64,000 nt of DNA from Bacilli bacterium. GTDB taxonomy: Bacteria; Bacillota_I; Bacilli_A; JBKEDG01. The DNA lies in the NCBI GenBank assembly GCA_047975285.1, contig JBKEDG010000031.1, positions 268 through 64,267 on the forward strand. Reading direction: 5' to 3'. The notes below the pieces were generated by a model. The model was given only the letters and a program-made list of their open reading frames with translations, had not been told where the DNA came from and made no database searches. This document shows positions 32,473 through 43,625 of this stretch, one piece after another. Numbering within the stretch: position 1 is the first letter of the stretch; every line of letters starts with the position of its first letter. The translations under genes and the position numbers were made by a program.

Positions 32473-33792
32473 ATGAAAAAAATTTCAAATTATTTTAAAA
32501 TCAATGAAAGACATACGACAATTAAAACAGAATTTTTAGGTGGGTTTACAACGTTTTTAGCAATGTCATACATTCTATTTGTAAATCCAGATGTACTTGC
32601 TGCTGCTGGAATGGACTTTGGAGCAGTATTTACTGTAACTGCACTTGCTGGAGCTATTGGAACACTTATTATGGGGTTATATGCTAACTTCCCTGTTGCT
32701 CTTGCACCTGGAATGGGAATGAACGCATTTTTCTCGTTTTCAGTTGTTATTGGGCTTGGGATCCCTTGGCCTACTGCGCTTGCTGGAATTTTCTGTTCTG
32801 GAATGTTATTTGTAATAATTAGTTTCTCAGGATTACGTGAATTAATTATTAATGCCATCCCTTTATCACTTAAATATGCAGTTGGTACAGGAATTGGATT
32901 TTTTATAGCATTTATTGGATTTAAAAATGCTGGAATTATTGTTGCAGATGAAGCAACTTTTGTTACATTCACTTCTTTTAGTGACCCAGAAACATTAAAT
33001 AGTACTATTCTTGCAATAATCGGTTTATTAATTACAATTGTCTTATATGTTAAAAAAGTTCCAGGTGCAATATTTCTAGGAATGATCGTGACTGCAATTA
33101 TTGGAATATTCATGGGTGAAATTGCGATACCCACTCAAGTTATTTCAGCGCCACCAAGTATAGCACCAACATTTGGAGCAATGTTTGGACCATTAAAAGA
33201 TCCAAGCACATATAACATTACATTTCTAATAGTAGTTATAACATTTTTATTTGTAGACTTTTTTGATACTGCTGGAACATTAATTGCAGTAGGAACTAAT
33301 GCTGGCTTAATTGATGAGGAAGGTAAACTTAAAAATAGCCAAAGAGCCCTACTTGCCGATTCTACTGCTACACTTGTTGGAGCTGTTCTTGGTACTAGTT
33401 CTACTACTGCATTTGTTGAATCTCTTACTGGAGTAAAATCTGGTGCTAGAACTGGATTAGCAAGTGTATTTACAGCAATGTTTTTACTCCTTGCACTATT
33501 CTTTTCACCATTATTAAGTGTTGTAACTTCTGCAGTAACTGCGCCAGCTTTAATTATGGTAGGGGCACTTATGGTTACATCATTTGGTAAAATAGACTGG
33601 TCAGATATTGCAATTACTATCCCAAGTTTTACAACAGTAATAATTATGACACTTGCATATTCAATTGCTGATGGACTTGCTGCTGGATTTATTCTATATG
33701 CTTTAATAATGGTGGCTACAAACCGTGCAAAAGAAGTTCACCCAATTATGTATATGTTATCAATCCTATTTGTAATATACTTTATAATTTAA
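32473..33792 (+). CDS. pbuG: Guanine/hypoxanthine permease (NCS2 AzgA/PbuG family)
   Basis: 439 aa. The N-terminus (TEFLGGFTTFLAMSYILFVNP) closely resembles B. subtilis PbuG, and the gene lies downstream of the guanine riboswitch. Confidence 0.85.
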   Translation: MKKISNYFKINERHTTIKTEFLGGFTTFLAMSYILFVNPDVLAAAGMDFGAVFTVTALAGAIGTLIMGLYANFPVALAPGMGMNAFFSFSVVIGLGIPWPTALAGIFCSGMLFVIISFSGLRELIINAIPLSLKYAVGTGIGFFIAFIGFKNAGIIVADEATFVTFTSFSDPETLNSTILAIIGLLITIVLYVKKVPGAIFLGMIVTAIIGIFMGEIAIPTQVISAPPSIAPTFGAMFGPLKDPSTYNITFLIVVITFLFVDFFDTAGTLIAVGTNAGLIDEEGKLKNSQRALLADSTATLVGAVLGTSSTTAFVESLTGVKSGARTGLASVFTAMFLLLALFFSPLLSVVTSAVTAPALIMVGALMVTSFGKIDWSDIAITIPSFTTVIIMTLAYSIADGLAAGFILYALIMVATNRAKEVHPIMYMLSILFVIYFII

Positions 33793-34160
33793 AAACTATA
33801 TTATGATATAATCCCCATAAAGTAAGCCGTTAATAAAAGAGTTATACTCTATAATTAATCAAGAACTTTAAGGGGTTTTTCTTTGGATAAAAAGGAGGAT
33901 TTTTAAAATGTTTCCATAAATTAAATACTTAAAATTGTCCAAAATCTGGATTTAATTCTCATGAAGAAGAAATCAAGGGGATTAGATTGAAAAATGAATA
34001 TTTAATATCAGCCTCACTAAAAATAACAGTATGGAAATCTTTACTCAAATATGTAAAAATACATAAACTAGTGTAATAATAAACTTATATAAACAAAACT
34101 CAATACATTTAAGATTTTTTTACTGTATAGTTAACAGATATATATTTATTACAGACTTTC

Positions 34161-36392
34161 TTATTTGCGTATAAATTTTAATCTAAGTGCATTAAGCACT
34201 ACTGACACAGAACTAAAACTCATTGCTAGTGCTGCTATCATTGGATTTAATAAAATATTAAATGGTAAAAAAAGTGCTCCTGCTGCAACTGGTATCAATA
34301 CTGCATTATAAATAAATGCCCAAAATAGATTTTGCTTAATGTTTCTCATAACACTGCGACTCAATTTTATACTAGTTACCACATCTAATAAATCACTTTT
34401 CATTAATACAACGTCAGCCGATTCAATTGCAATATCTGTTCCAGCACCAATTGCAATTCCAACATTCGATCTTACAAGTGAAGGAGCGTCATTAATTCCA
34501 TCCCCTACCATTGCAACTTTTCTCCCTTGATCTTGTTTTTCTTTTACAGCATTATCTTTTTCATCTGGCAAAACTTCCCATATTACACTTGAAACCCCAA
34601 CCTGTTTCCCTATTGCTTTTGCAGTTAATTGATTATCACCAGTTAACATTATAACTTCTATTTTCATACTTTTTAACAAATTAATTGCTTTAGCACTATT
34701 TTTTTTAACAGTATCAGCTACCGCAATTAATCCAAGACATACATTATCTCTTGCAAAATATAGTACGGTTTTCCCTTCGCTACTTAAATTAAATCCTTCG
34801 TTTTTAAATCTATCAATATTTATTTTTGAGCTATTCATAAGATTAGCATTTCCAGCATAACATACTTTATTATCAACAATAGCTTTTATCCCCCTACCGT
34901 CTAAGTTTTCAAATTCTTCGATCTCTTTTAGATTAATATTAGCTTTGGCTGCGTAATCAATTATAGCATTAGCAAGTGGATGTAAAGAATTATTTTCTAT
35001 CGTGTATGCTAACTCCATTAATTCTTTTTCTTGATGATTAAACGTAATTACATCAGTAACTTGTGGTTTCCCCTTAGTTATAGTTCCCGTTTTATCAAGA
35101 AATATTGTATCTATTTTATTTAATTCTTCAAGTGCAGAAGCAGACTTTATTAAAACTCCTGATTTTGCACCTTTTCCTGTACCTACCATTATTGCAGCTG
35201 GAGTTGCAAGCCCTAAAGCACATGGACAAGAAATTACTAATATGGAAATACCAATTGACAATGCAAATTCAAAATCATAACCAAAACTTACCCAAATAAT
35301 CATTGCTACAATAGCTATAACAACAACAGCACCAACAAATATTCCACTAACTTTATCAGCAAGTTTAGCAATTGGTGCTTTAGAAGATGTAGCTTCATCA
35401 ACAAGACTAATTATTTTAGAAAGTGTTGTATCATCACCAGTGGCACTTACTTCCATAACAAAATATCCACTGGTATTAAATGTTCCTCCAATCACATTCT
35501 GTCCAACAGATTTTTCAACCTGCATACTTTCTCCTGTAATTGCTGATTCATCAAGATATCCATTTCCCTTGATAATTACTCCATCAATTGCAACTGCTTG
35601 TCCCGCCTTTACAACAATGCAATCTCCCACTTTTAAATCCTCTGTAAAAACCTCTGTTTCTTTACCATCTTTTAATATAATTGCAATATTGGGTGCAAGC
35701 TCCATCAATTTAAAAATTGCTTCCGATGTTTTGCCTTTTGCTTTTGCTTCAAGAAATTTCCCTAGAGTAATAAGTGTTAAAATTGCTCCTCCTGATTCAA
35801 AATACAGACTCATCATATATTTACGCACAATTTCTAAATCATTATAAGTATTTCCCCAGTATATTTTATATACTGCATATATTCCATAAATAATAGCAGC
35901 AGATGATCCAAGTGCAATTAATGAATCCATGTTTGGCATCATTTTATATAAATTTTTAAAGCCTGAAATAAAGTACTTTTTGTTTATAAATACAATTGGT
36001 AATACTAATAATAATTGAACTAGTGCAAACTTCATTGCATTTTCCATTCCAGATAAACCTTTTGGAATTGGAAAACCGAGCATTTCTCCCATTGCAATAT
36101 AAACAAGAGGAATTGTAAAGATTATTGATAAAACAAGTTGCTGTTTTAACTTGTTTAACTCACTATCTATTCCATTATTTTTAACGTCTAAATTTTTTAC
36201 CTTAAATCCAAGATTTTCAACTTCTTTAATAATTTTATTTAAATCCAGACTATCATCATAATCAACACTCATTATATTTTTTAGTAAATTTACATTTACT
36301 TCTCTTATACCATCAAGTTTTTCTACTGTACTTTCTATTTTTGCTGCACATGAAGCACAACTCATACCTGTTATTTCTAATTTTTTTCTCAT
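34161..36392 (-). CDS. copA: Copper-translocating P1B-type ATPase
   Basis: N-terminal HMA domain (GMSCASCAAKIE), CPC motif (SCPCALGLATP), DKTGT phosphorylation site and the GDGINDAP hinge. Confidence 0.92.
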   Translation of the reverse strand: MRKKLEITGMSCASCAAKIESTVEKLDGIREVNVNLLKNIMSVDYDDSLDLNKIIKEVENLGFKVKNLDVKNNGIDSELNKLKQQLVLSIIFTIPLVYIAMGEMLGFPIPKGLSGMENAMKFALVQLLLVLPIVFINKKYFISGFKNLYKMMPNMDSLIALGSSAAIIYGIYAVYKIYWGNTYNDLEIVRKYMMSLYFESGGAILTLITLGKFLEAKAKGKTSEAIFKLMELAPNIAIILKDGKETEVFTEDLKVGDCIVVKAGQAVAIDGVIIKGNGYLDESAITGESMQVEKSVGQNVIGGTFNTSGYFVMEVSATGDDTTLSKIISLVDEATSSKAPIAKLADKVSGIFVGAVVVIAIVAMIIWVSFGYDFEFALSIGISILVISCPCALGLATPAAIMVGTGKGAKSGVLIKSASALEELNKIDTIFLDKTGTITKGKPQVTDVITFNHQEKELMELAYTIENNSLHPLANAIIDYAAKANINLKEIEEFENLDGRGIKAIVDNKVCYAGNANLMNSSKINIDRFKNEGFNLSSEGKTVLYFARDNVCLGLIAVADTVKKNSAKAINLLKSMKIEVIMLTGDNQLTAKAIGKQVGVSSVIWEVLPDEKDNAVKEKQDQGRKVAMVGDGINDAPSLVRSNVGIAIGAGTDIAIESADVVLMKSDLLDVVTSIKLSRSVMRNIKQNLFWAFIYNAVLIPVAAGALFLPFNILLNPMIAALAMSFSSVSVVLNALRLKFIRK

Positions 36393-36515
36393 AATAATCT
36401 CCTTTCATTTACTATGCATTTCATTTGCATATTTATATCGTATCATATATACTTTTAATAACAAGAATGCACTTTTTAGTAAGGTAGTTACTAAATTGTT
36501 ACTAGGAGATTAAAT

Positions 36516-36854
36516 ATGAATGATAATATATGTCCAGTTTCACATACACTAAATTTAATAGGTGGAAAGTATAAACCATTAATTTTATGGCATTGTAGCA
36601 GTGTAAAACGTTTTAATGCCCTTAGAAAATTAATTCCAACTGCATCTGCAAAAGTACTTACAAGTCAATTAAGAGACCTTGAAAATGATGGACTGATCAG
36701 TAGAAAAGTATACCCTGTTGTTCCACCAAAAGTAGAATATACTCTTACAAAAAAAGGGCGAACAATTTACCCAATATTAGAATTAATGTATAGCTGGGGA
36801 GAAGCCCAATTAAAAAGCAGTGGTAAATGTCCAAACTGCTCTATGAAGGATTAG
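36516..36854 (+). CDS. HxlR-family transcriptional regulator
   Basis: 112 aa winged-HTH with the HxlR/MarR-like motif (CPVSHTLNLIGGKYKPLILW). Divergent from copA. Confidence 0.8.
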   Translation: MNDNICPVSHTLNLIGGKYKPLILWHCSSVKRFNALRKLIPTASAKVLTSQLRDLENDGLISRKVYPVVPPKVEYTLTKKGRTIYPILELMYSWGEAQLKSSGKCPNCSMKD

Positions 36855-37804
36855 ATTATATTTAAATATATGAAGTATATTCCTAATATCAAAATAGATG
36901 GTATCATATAGATATATTTATTTGTATGTTTATAAAATTTAAATGTGACTGTAAGTATAATTGTATTAACCATTCCAAAAGCAACTAAGATCATCGTATC
37001 CATATTAAAATATAACATAATACTTTTTGCAGTTAATATATCTAATATAAATAAGACAAAGAAATTAAATAAATTGGAAGATAACACTGAACTAATTGCA
37101 ACATTATATTGTCGCATTCTCATTAGAACTATTGCACTAACAAATTCTGGAAGGGATGTGCTTGCTCCAAGTAAAATACTTCCTGCAAGTGATGCACTTA
37201 AATTCAAGTCATACATTACAAGTTCAACAACCTTAGCAAGTAATGAACTGGAAACAATTAACACTACTGCAAAGCAAAAAGAACTAAAAAATTTTTTTTT
37301 CACTGCAGTTTTTGTTGCAAATGTATCTTCAACTACATCATCAGAATCATCAAGGGATTTTATACTCAAAACATATATAATTAATATTAAAACTGTAGTC
37401 AACGATAATCTAAAGTCAAATCCTAGACTCGCAAACTGCAATAATGTAAAACTAGTTATAATAACAATGTAAATGGAAATAATAAAATACATTATTTTAT
37501 TAATATTTTTACCCAACTTATTAAAAGCCATGTAACTAATAAAAGCAAGATTTGCAACAACAACTATATTATAATTAAATAAATTACTTCCTAAAATACT
37601 TGAAATAGCTAATTCTTCTTGTTTAATTAAAACAGATGTAATACCTGAAATAAGTTCTGGAAGCGATGTTGTAGCAGCTAAAATAAATCCGACAATTGCC
37701 CCAGATATTTTAGTGTTCTTTTCAAACCAATCGGCGTTATTAGATAATTTAATAGCAAAAAATACTACTACAGCAGCACAAACAAAAAACAGTAGTAAAT
37801 TCAT
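36851..37804 (-). CDS. Sodium/calcium exchanger (CaCA family, YrbG-like) membrane protein
   Basis: Two alpha-repeat regions (GSNLFN) in a polytopic protein. Confidence 0.75.
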   Translation of the reverse strand: MNLLLFFVCAAVVVFFAIKLSNNADWFEKNTKISGAIVGFILAATTSLPELISGITSVLIKQEELAISSILGSNLFNYNIVVVANLAFISYMAFNKLGKNINKIMYFIISIYIVIITSFTLLQFASLGFDFRLSLTTVLILIIYVLSIKSLDDSDDVVEDTFATKTAVKKKFFSSFCFAVVLIVSSSLLAKVVELVMYDLNLSASLAGSILLGASTSLPEFVSAIVLMRMRQYNVAISSVLSSNLFNFFVLFILDILTAKSIMLYFNMDTMILVAFGMVNTIILTVTFKFYKHTNKYIYMIPSILILGIYFIYLNII

Positions 37805-38112
37805 TAATCATTACCTACATAGTAATGATCTTTATTTATTGATATAAAGTAAACAATTACATTATCAAACCCATTGTTTTGTAAAAATTTTTTTAATAGT
37901 ATGACTACACTTTCTTCAACAGCTTTATCTCTATTCATCCATTCAATTCTAATATATGCAGTATTATCCTCACCAACGAATCTTTCACTAGAAATTATTG
38001 TATGAATATTTTCTAAACTAGCAGAAGTTATTTCGCTAAAGTCATTTAAATGTTCTTTTCTAAAATTTAAAACTGTGTCATTATCTACGTTAATAAAATT
38101 TATATATGGCAT
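37804..38112 (-). CDS. Small cytoplasmic protein starting Met-Pro (possible tautomerase-superfamily/DUF1904-like)
   Basis: 102 aa, begins MPYINF. Overlaps the downstream gene start by 1 nt. Confidence 0.4.
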   Translation of the reverse strand: MPYINFINVDNDTVLNFRKEHLNDFSEITSASLENIHTIISSERFVGEDNTAYIRIEWMNRDKAVEESVVILLKKFLQNNGFDNVIVYFISINKDHYYVGND

Positions 38113-38215
38113 ACAATCACCTCTTTAGTATTATAACATAGTTTATTAAACAAATCTATTTTACAAGATTTATATTTGCTAATACTAACCTATCATACGA
38201 TAATAATATATTTTT

Positions 38216-39181
38216 CTACTTATTATCTAAAACTATTAGTTTTTCAATTTTAATATCAACCATTTCATTTAATTTAAAACTATCATTAGTTGAGATTACT
38301 TTTAACTCAATATGTTCGTTTATTAAATAATATTTAATGTATTCTCCTAAAAATTGTTTTTTTACAATTTTGTAATTTTCACCTCTATAAATCTCTATAT
38401 GATGATAATTAATAATTATAGATTGGTTTTTATAACCAAATATTTCCCCCTTATCTTTATCAATAATATTGAATATTGATAAAAACTTAGCAACACTTAA
38501 ATTTTTGGGTTCACCATAAATACATTTAGGGCTGTCGTAGGCTATAATTTTAGTATCGTTTAATATAGCAACCCTATTTGACATACTAAAAGCTTCTTCT
38601 CTATCATGCGTAACCATAATTGTTGTAGTATTTAACTGCTTAACAATATCATATACAAAGTCCATCATAGTTTTTTTTATGTGCGAATCAAGTCCAGTAA
38701 ACGGTTCATCTAGTAATAGAATTTGTGGATCAATAATTAAAGCTCTTGCAAGTGCCACTCTTTGCTTCTCTCCACCACTAAGTTTTAACGGAAAATAATT
38801 TGCTCTATTCTCTAAGTCAATAACTTTAAGCATTTTTCCTACTCTCGTTGAAATTTCTGATTTTGCTAACTTTCTAACTTTCAACCCAAAAGCAATATTA
38901 TCGTAAACATTCATATGTGGAAATAATGAATAATCTTGAAATACAATTGCAATATCCCTTAAATTTGGCTTCAAAAAAGTAATATCTCTATCATTGACAA
39001 AAATCGTTCCACTATCAACAGATTCAATTCCTGCAATTAAATTTAATAGTGTAGACTTCCCGCTTCCACTTTTTCCAACTAATGAGATAAATTCTCCATG
39101 ATTAACTTCTAAATTAATTTCATCAAGAATTTTCAAATCTTTAAAACTCTTGCTAAGATTATTTATTTTTAAATTTCCCAT
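38216..39181 (-). CDS. ABC importer ATPase (PotA/FbpC-type, with C-terminal TOBE-like domain)
   Basis: Walker A (GKSGSGKST), signature (LSGGEKQ) and Walker B motifs plus a ~100-aa C-terminal regulatory domain. Confidence 0.85.
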   Translation of the reverse strand: MGNLKINNLSKSFKDLKILDEINLEVNHGEFISLVGKSGSGKSTLLNLIAGIESVDSGTIFVNDRDITFLKPNLRDIAIVFQDYSLFPHMNVYDNIAFGLKVRKLAKSEISTRVGKMLKVIDLENRANYFPLKLSGGEKQRVALARALIIDPQILLLDEPFTGLDSHIKKTMMDFVYDIVKQLNTTTIMVTHDREEAFSMSNRVAILNDTKIIAYDSPKCIYGEPKNLSVAKFLSIFNIIDKDKGEIFGYKNQSIIINYHHIEIYRGENYKIVKKQFLGEYIKYYLINEHIELKVISTNDSFKLNEMVDIKIEKLIVLDNK

Positions 39182-39185
39182 ACAA

Positions 39186-39974
39186 TCACCATTTAATTCT
39201 TTCTAAAGATTTTTGAACAGCCACTAATATTAAGTAGGCTAGGATAGATATCATAATTGTAAAAACACTATAAACTGAAGCCATTTTATAATTTCCATAT
39301 CTTATAAATGGAACTAACATTGTAGTAAGTGTTAACACTTTACCTCCACCAATAATTAATGTTGTTACATATTGACTAATTGAAACTGTTATTGCAAAAA
39401 ATAGACTGATTAGAATCCCATTTTTTACTAGTGGTATTGTTATAAACTTCATAGTTTGAAAATTGCTTGCTCCAAGACATCTTGCCGTTTGTTCCCTTTT
39501 CATACCAACTATTTCAAAATAATCCATCATAATTCTTATTACGTATGGTATGGCAAAGAAAGAATGGATTAGACTAACTCCAATAATCGTGCTATCTATA
39601 TGTAGTTTAATCATATTGATATGCGCTATTGATACTATAGTAAATGAGGGTATAATTAATGGTAATAACACTGCTAACATAATTAAATTTTTATATTTAA
39701 AATTGTAGTGTGCTAACCCCTTTGCACAAAAAGTTCCTACAACTAGGCTAATTATACTAGAAAGTAATGCTACTATTAATGATGTCATAAATATACCTAT
39801 TCCATTGTCATAATAACATCTAATAAAATTCTCAAGTGTCAATGATTTAGGTAATATGTCTGGGAAAATCCAATTGGAAAAGAATGCAAAACAGACTGTA
39901 ATTACTACAGGTATAATACAAATTATTGATAAACTTATTACAATTATTTTAGTAATCAATAGTCCTAGTTTCAT
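39186..39974 (-). CDS. ABC importer permease (PotC-like)
   Basis: 6-TM BPD-transporter-type permease. Confidence 0.75.
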   Translation of the reverse strand: MKLGLLITKIIVISLSIICIIPVVITVCFAFFSNWIFPDILPKSLTLENFIRCYYDNGIGIFMTSLIVALLSSIISLVVGTFCAKGLAHYNFKYKNLIMLAVLLPLIIPSFTIVSIAHINMIKLHIDSTIIGVSLIHSFFAIPYVIRIMMDYFEIVGMKREQTARCLGASNFQTMKFITIPLVKNGILISLFFAITVSISQYVTTLIIGGGKVLTLTTMLVPFIRYGNYKMASVYSVFTIMISILAYLILVAVQKSLERIKW

Positions 39975-40842
39975 TGCTTTTCTCCCTTTTTTTTATAAAT
40001 AAATATAGAATTGCTATACTAATACATAGTATAATAACATTAATTACCATAGCTAATGGTTTTTGTTCAACACTTGGACTGCTATAATATTTATATGCCA
40101 TCAAACTTAAACTTTCATACTTGGGATTTCCTAAAATAAATGGCACTTCAAAAGAACCAAAGTTAAAAGCAAAGCATAAAAATCCTACAGAATAGATTGT
40201 AGTCTTTATTCCTGCAATGATTATTTTAAAAATAATTATCGTATTATTTGCACCTAGTATTTTTGCAATTTTAATAAGATTATTTCCCCTTTTTAATAAA
40301 GTGCTGTATACAATCAAAAATACAAACGGAACTTGTTTTAATAAATACACTAGCATTATTCCAATTCCATATTTATCATAGATGAATAATGGAAATGCAT
40401 TTGGGTTATTAATAATCCCGGTATTAAATAATATTCGCGAAATTATTCCTGTTTGCATAAATATTAATATTACTACAAATGTACAAATTGAATATGATAT
40501 AATATTTGGTAGCAATAATACTTTGAATCCCCTAAAAATTCTTTGACAATTCAAATATACAATTGACGCTAGTAACACTCCTATTGTCACTGACAAAAAT
40601 GTTGGTATAACCCCCAAATAAATTGTGTATAGTAAGGATTTATAAAAGTTTACATCAGTTAAAATTTTTATGTAATAATCAAAAGTAATATTTGTTTTAG
40701 TATACTCAAAAATACCAAAACTTGATTTTAACACTTCAATTAATCCTAAACCAAATATTAAAGTGAAAAAAAACAGAAATGGTATTAATAATTTGATAAT
40801 TCTTTTGTTACTACTTATTTGTTTAATACTTCTTCTTCCCAT
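39949..40842 (-). CDS. ABC importer permease (PotB-like)
   Basis: 6-TM permease. The annotated start overlaps the upstream binding-protein gene. Confidence 0.75.
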   Translation of the reverse strand: MGRRSIKQISSNKRIIKLLIPFLFFFTLIFGLGLIEVLKSSFGIFEYTKTNITFDYYIKILTDVNFYKSLLYTIYLGVIPTFLSVTIGVLLASIVYLNCQRIFRGFKVLLLPNIISYSICTFVVILIFMQTGIISRILFNTGIINNPNAFPLFIYDKYGIGIMLVYLLKQVPFVFLIVYSTLLKRGNNLIKIAKILGANNTIIIFKIIIAGIKTTIYSVGFLCFAFNFGSFEVPFILGNPKYESLSLMAYKYYSSPSVEQKPLAMVINVIILCISIAILYLFIKKREKSNETRTIDY

Positions 40843-41990
40843 AATTCATCGATTATCACCGTCTTATTTCCAGAAACTTCTGGTAAATTATTTTTAGTTA
40901 TTTCATCTAATTTTATATTTTCTCCAAATGAGTTATAAACTTCGTCAAATAATTTTTTATCCGATTTCTCAAGTTTATCGTAGGTTAGCACCGTTAAATC
41001 TCCCCAATTATTTATATCCAATTTTGAAGACTGCGCTGCTGCAGATAAAATAAAGTTTAATACTTGATGTGATTTATCCTTATTATCACTATTAAACGGA
41101 ATTGCTAAATAGTGTGAATTAGAAATGTTTCCATTCTTAAAAACAAATGATTCACTTGTTTTTGGAAAAGTTCCATCACTAATATTTCTAGGTCCTAATA
41201 GTGCTGTATAACTCATCGTTAACCCTAGTTGTGAATCCCCATACATTTTTTGCATAACTGCTTCTTCTTTAGGATAAGTTTTACCTTCTTGCCATAGATA
41301 TGGTTCTATAGCATTTAAGTAATCAAATACTGGTGTTAATAACTTTCTAAGTTCTTCCTTATCTTCACTTGATTGGTCAATTTTTTCATACCCAATTATA
41401 TCATAGGCAACATTTCTAATAAATGCACTCCCAGTAAAATCTGGCACAGCAGGATATGTTATAACCCCAGGATTGTCTTTTGCTACTTTCATTAATTCAT
41501 CTGTATTTGAAAACGTTGGAATAATTTTTGTATTTGCCACAAAAGTAAATTGTGCTATTCCATATGGAACCTCTAAATTACTGATTTCTTCTCCAAAGTC
41601 AGTTTTTAAGTATGAAGCATTTTCATCAATATTCTTTGAATAATTAGGAATTTTTTTTAAATTAATTTCACTAAGTACATCATATTCCTTTGCTTTTGCA
41701 AAATTTGCTCCATTAATCCAGACTATATCTGCCTCTCCAACTTTTTTATCAGCTTCTTTTTCATTAGCAAGCATTGTTATAATATCTGGAGCATCCATTA
41801 CTACTCGCTCGAAATTAATATTATACTCTTTTTTCAATGTATCTTTTACATAAGTATCAAGCCAAGTGTTAATCTTTACATCTCCTGACCATCCATAAAA
41901 TCTAATTGTAGTTGCAGTTTTTTCCACTTTTTTACTACATCCTGCCACTAAACTAATTGTTAATAGTACTAAAACTATTTTTTTTATCAT
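40815..41990 (-). CDS. ABC transporter substrate-binding lipoprotein (PotD/iron(III)-type family 1)
   Basis: Lipobox LVAGCS plus a periplasmic-binding-protein fold. Confidence 0.7.
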   Translation of the reverse strand: MIKKIVLVLLTISLVAGCSKKVEKTATTIRFYGWSGDVKINTWLDTYVKDTLKKEYNINFERVVMDAPDIITMLANEKEADKKVGEADIVWINGANFAKAKEYDVLSEINLKKIPNYSKNIDENASYLKTDFGEEISNLEVPYGIAQFTFVANTKIIPTFSNTDELMKVAKDNPGVITYPAVPDFTGSAFIRNVAYDIIGYEKIDQSSEDKEELRKLLTPVFDYLNAIEPYLWQEGKTYPKEEAVMQKMYGDSQLGLTMSYTALLGPRNISDGTFPKTSESFVFKNGNISNSHYLAIPFNSDNKDKSHQVLNFILSAAAQSSKLDINNWGDLTVLTYDKLEKSDKKLFDEVYNSFGENIKLDEITKNNLPEVSGNKTVIIDELWEEEVLNK

Positions 41991-41992
41991 GT

Positions 41993-42586
41993 TTATTTCT
42001 CCTTTAAATATTGATAAGTTTGAATAAATCTTTGTATAGCAGTCATTAAAATTAATCCTGCAAAAATGCTTAGTATATATACACCATAATCTTTAAAAAC
42101 TATGGCTAGTGTGATAAAAATAAATCCTTCTGTTCTTTCCGCAATCCCTACTTGATAGTAGAACACCTTTTCACTATCTTCCCTTATTAAGTTTCCAGAA
42201 GTTAAAAATATTGTCATAGACAAAATTATCATTGCAAAAACTACTCCAGTAATCACATATAAATTGGGATTAATATAAGCAAGTGCAATTAACATTGATA
42301 TTTCTACAACCCGATCAAATGTAATATCTAAAAATCCGCCTAATTTAGATTTAGTATTACTAAGTCTTGCAACAGTTCCATCAAGAGCGTCAAAAAGACC
42401 AGAAACCCAAAGCGTTACAACACTAAGGTATACGTAATTTAAAATCAAAAACAAAGTAGCAATTAGTCCAAAGATTAGAGCTAAATAAGTTATTGTAATT
42501 GCACTAATGTTTTTGCTAATTAAAATTCTAGCACCGTAATTTAAAATAGGTTTTACATTGTTTTTCATTTTAGAATCTAACATCAA
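41993..42586 (-). CDS. CDP-alcohol phosphatidyltransferase family protein
   Basis: 197 aa membrane protein with the family's D-rich motif region (DALDG...D). Confidence 0.65.
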   Translation of the reverse strand: MMLDSKMKNNVKPILNYGARILISKNISAITITYLALIFGLIATLFLILNYVYLSVVTLWVSGLFDALDGTVARLSNTKSKLGGFLDITFDRVVEISMLIALAYINPNLYVITGVVFAMIILSMTIFLTSGNLIREDSEKVFYYQVGIAERTEGFIFITLAIVFKDYGVYILSIFAGLILMTAIQRFIQTYQYLKEK

Positions 42587-42595
42587 ACCACCAAA

Positions 42596-43612
42596 TTACT
42601 TTTCTACCCAATTACTTGTACTTGCAATTACATCTTCTCTTAATTTATCATCGACTACACCTGTGCTTGCTTTACTTGCAACATATGACCATTCAGTCCA
42701 AGAACCATCATAATTATATACATTTTCATATCCTAAAGCATTTTTTAACAATTCATATGTAAATGCACTCTTAACACCAGAATGACACAATGTAATAATT
42801 TTCTTACCTTCAAACTCTCCATAAATTGATTTCAATTCTTCTAATTTTTTTAGCATTGTTTCATCATCTACAGCATTAGTCCATTCTATCCAGTGGCTAC
42901 CTTTGATTGTTCCACCCCCGTATCCACCTTTTTTAATTTCGTATTGATTAAATTCTTGATCACTTCTAGCATCAATGATTATCCAATCATTTGGATTTTT
43001 TACAGCTTCTAATACCATTTCAATATCAGCATATCCTAAATTAGCATCATAATCACTCGCTCTATAGTCAGATTTTTTTGCTTTGATATCGCTTATTCTA
43101 GTTGCATCACCAGTCTCCATATCAGCACCAGTCCATGCATTTATTCCACCGTCTAATATTCTAACATTTTTATGATTTAAACTTTCAATTTGCCATGCAA
43201 ATCTTCCTGCATCAACATGGGCATTTGCTGAGTAAATAACAATTTTAGAATTTTTAGTTGCCCCTGCTTTTGACAAAATATTTTCAATAACTTCTTTATC
43301 AAATCTTGCTCCAGTTAAAGTATCACTAACTAGTTCACTACTACCACTTCCACTATAATCGTTTCGCCAAACTAAATAAGCGCCCTCAATATTCTTTACT
43401 GTAATGTTAGTTTTGTCAATAACACCAAATATTATCAAATCATCTTCACTTTTAATCATATTATCTACTTCATTAACAGAGATATACTTATCTGTAGCAT
43501 ATTCTTCAAGTTTTAAATCTTGCTCATCTTTTTCAAAATCAGCTTTAGAATTACATCCTGAAATCCATGATAATAAGATCAATACTACTATTAATATCTT
43601 TAATTTTTTCAT
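42596..43612 (-). CDS. Tandem-rhodanese-domain lipoprotein (thiosulfate sulfurtransferase-like)
   Basis: Lipobox ISGCNS. Two rhodanese-like domains, the second with an active-site Cys (CHSGVKS). Confidence 0.7.
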   Translation of the reverse strand: MKKLKILIVVLILLSWISGCNSKADFEKDEQDLKLEEYATDKYISVNEVDNMIKSEDDLIIFGVIDKTNITVKNIEGAYLVWRNDYSGSGSSELVSDTLTGARFDKEVIENILSKAGATKNSKIVIYSANAHVDAGRFAWQIESLNHKNVRILDGGINAWTGADMETGDATRISDIKAKKSDYRASDYDANLGYADIEMVLEAVKNPNDWIIIDARSDQEFNQYEIKKGGYGGGTIKGSHWIEWTNAVDDETMLKKLEELKSIYGEFEGKKIITLCHSGVKSAFTYELLKNALGYENVYNYDGSWTEWSYVASKASTGVVDDKLREDVIASTSNWVEK

Positions 43613-43625
43613 ATATTCACCTCAA

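Noticed and set aside
32490-33134. 214-aa minus-strand ORF.
   Set aside because: Antisense to the well-conserved pbuG permease. Its Pro/Ile-rich composition is typical of a shadow ORF.
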